Source: Fistulifera solaris
Taxonomy: Eukaryota
Length of the DNA stretch: 64,000 nt
NCBI GenBank assembly: GCA_030295235.1
Contig: AP026124.1
Coordinates: 558,001-622,000 of the forward strand
Direction: 5' to 3'
Shown here: in pieces, positions 62,566-64,000 of the stretch
Layout: every line of letters begins with the position of its first letter
How positions within the stretch are numbered: position 1 is the stretch's first letter
Made by a program: the position numbers and the translations under genes
Notes under the pieces: model-generated
The model's input: the letters and a program-made list of their open reading frames with translations, nothing else
Database searches by the model: none
Told to the model about the DNA's origin: nothing

Positions 62566-63477
62566 ATGTCCAGCTCTAGCGAATTTATCATCAATTTCCT
62601 TGCCGGAGGTGTGTCTGGCGCTGTTGCCAAGACTGCTACGGCTCCCATTGAGCGTGTCAAGCTCCTCATCCAAACTCAGGATGCTAACCCCAAGATCATC
62701 AGTGGAGAAGTCGCCCGTTACAATGGCATCGTCGACTGCTTCTCCCGTGTTGCGAGTGAGCAGGGTATCAAGGCTTTCTGGCGTGGAAACTTGACCAACA
62801 TCATCCGATACTTCCCTACCCAGGCCTTCAACTTTGCTTTCAAGGACACCATCAAGGCCCTTTTCCCCAAGGCTGACAAGAACACTGAGTTCGGAAAGTT
62901 CTTCGCCATCAACATGGCATCTGGTGGTCTTGCTGGAGCCGGTTCGTTGTTGATCGTCTACCCCCTCGATTACGCTCGTACCCGTCTTGCCTCTGATGTT
63001 GGTTCCGGAAAGGCCCAGTTCAGTGGCCTCCTTGACTGCCTCAAGCAGACCATCAAGACCGGTGGTCTTGCTGCCCTCTACAACGGTATTGGTGTGTCAA
63101 TTGTTGGTATCATCCCCTACCGTGGTGTCTACTTCGGATTGTTCGATACCATGTCCGGCTACAACCCCTACCAGAAGAGTGATAACAATGTTCTCCGTGC
63201 CGGATCTAAGTTCGTGTGCGCTCAGTCATCTGCCATCGCCGCCGGTTACGCCTCATACCCCTTCGACACCGTCCGTCGTCGTCTGCAGATGCAGTCCGAG
63301 AAGCCCAAGGCTGAATGGGTCTACAGCGGAACCATGGACTGCTTCGGTAAGATCGTCGCCAACGAAGGTGCGGGTGCTCTTTTCAAAGGTGCGGGTGCCA
63401 ACGCCCTCCGTACCGTCGGTGCTGCCATGGTACTTGTGCTTTACTCCGAGATCACTGCTTTCTTCAACGCCAAGTAA
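62566..63477 (+). CDS. AAC: Mitochondrial ADP/ATP carrier
   Basis: AKTATAPIERVKLL, FWRGNLTNIIRYFPTQAFNFAFKD, YPLDYARTRL, YPFDTVRRR; strong C/T-ending codon bias. Confidence 0.97.
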   Translation: MSSSSEFIINFLAGGVSGAVAKTATAPIERVKLLIQTQDANPKIISGEVARYNGIVDCFSRVASEQGIKAFWRGNLTNIIRYFPTQAFNFAFKDTIKALFPKADKNTEFGKFFAINMASGGLAGAGSLLIVYPLDYARTRLASDVGSGKAQFSGLLDCLKQTIKTGGLAALYNGIGVSIVGIIPYRGVYFGLFDTMSGYNPYQKSDNNVLRAGSKFVCAQSSAIAAGYASYPFDTVRRRLQMQSEKPKAEWVYSGTMDCFGKIVANEGAGALFKGAGANALRTVGAAMVLVLYSEITAFFNAK

Positions 63478-64000
63478 GCTTATGTAAAGCGGATAATGTA
63501 ATCGCGATGTTTGGATTGATTATTTTCGTATTTGTGGTTATTCAACGAATTCAATTGCCAAGAGGGACAAGCTAATATCAAATGCAACAATAGGCTTTTT
63601 TATCTTAATGTGTATTAGTTGATCTACATGCGAAGTAATCTAGAACTGGAGTGCCGTTGTAAAAACACTTACACAATTTTTCGGACGTGGATGAATGCGT
63701 GCCTGGCATTAGACGAAAAGGCGCTCCACGGCTTCTGTATCGTGCATTGCTCAGTCTTTCCTCTTTCATTTAGATCTAAAGTTTTCGATTTTCAAATCGT
63801 TCCGGAGCAGATGACTCGACATATTATGTTGTCGATCCACTCCTTCAAATCAAGCGTATTCTTTTGCATGCAATAATTAGGACAATTTCCCTTGTGTCGA
63901 CAAGAGACAACATGCTTGCACGATCTTGTCAGTAGAGAACATTTGTTATGATGAAACCACATACGCCACTTCCTGAGTAACGATGCGCGATTTAATACAA

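Overview
Gene-dense eukaryotic nuclear DNA, most likely from a diatom (photosynthetic stramenopile). Evidence: short GT-AG introns, several bipartite signal-peptide + 'xA-F(A/S)P' plastid presequences and diatom-type orphan motifs; the species cannot be determined from this window. About 27 protein-coding genes can be supported, mostly housekeeping: NELF-C/D-like, ABCC, PRP5/DDX46, SET1-like, ISY1, NAF1, PIG-V, ABC1 kinase, ClpS, ribokinase, Mn-CDF, DEAD-box helicase, CLP1, TrpRS, ABCF and the ADP/ATP carrier. Many genes carry single-base indels in homopolymer runs, which look like long-read assembly errors rather than pseudogenes. The most interesting locus is ~9.0-13.9 kb. It holds a membrane-tethered NikA/CntA-like (ZCRP-B-like) solute-binding protein whose bacterial domain order is circularly permuted. 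This gene sits head-to-head with a ferric-reductase-family gene across a motif-rich ~620 bp spacer, and tail-to-tail with an ABCC transporter, making a candidate metal-chelate capture and reduction module. Other notable items are a CENP-H-like gene, a WW-NELF-C/D fusion, a rhomboid pseudoprotease with SHP and VIM p97-binding motifs, a plastid protein with a Bacteroidetes-like Fn3/Ig module, and an unexplained structured non-coding element at 721-892. All family assignments come from recalled motifs, not database searches. No rRNA, tRNA, CRISPR array or transposon was recognised.
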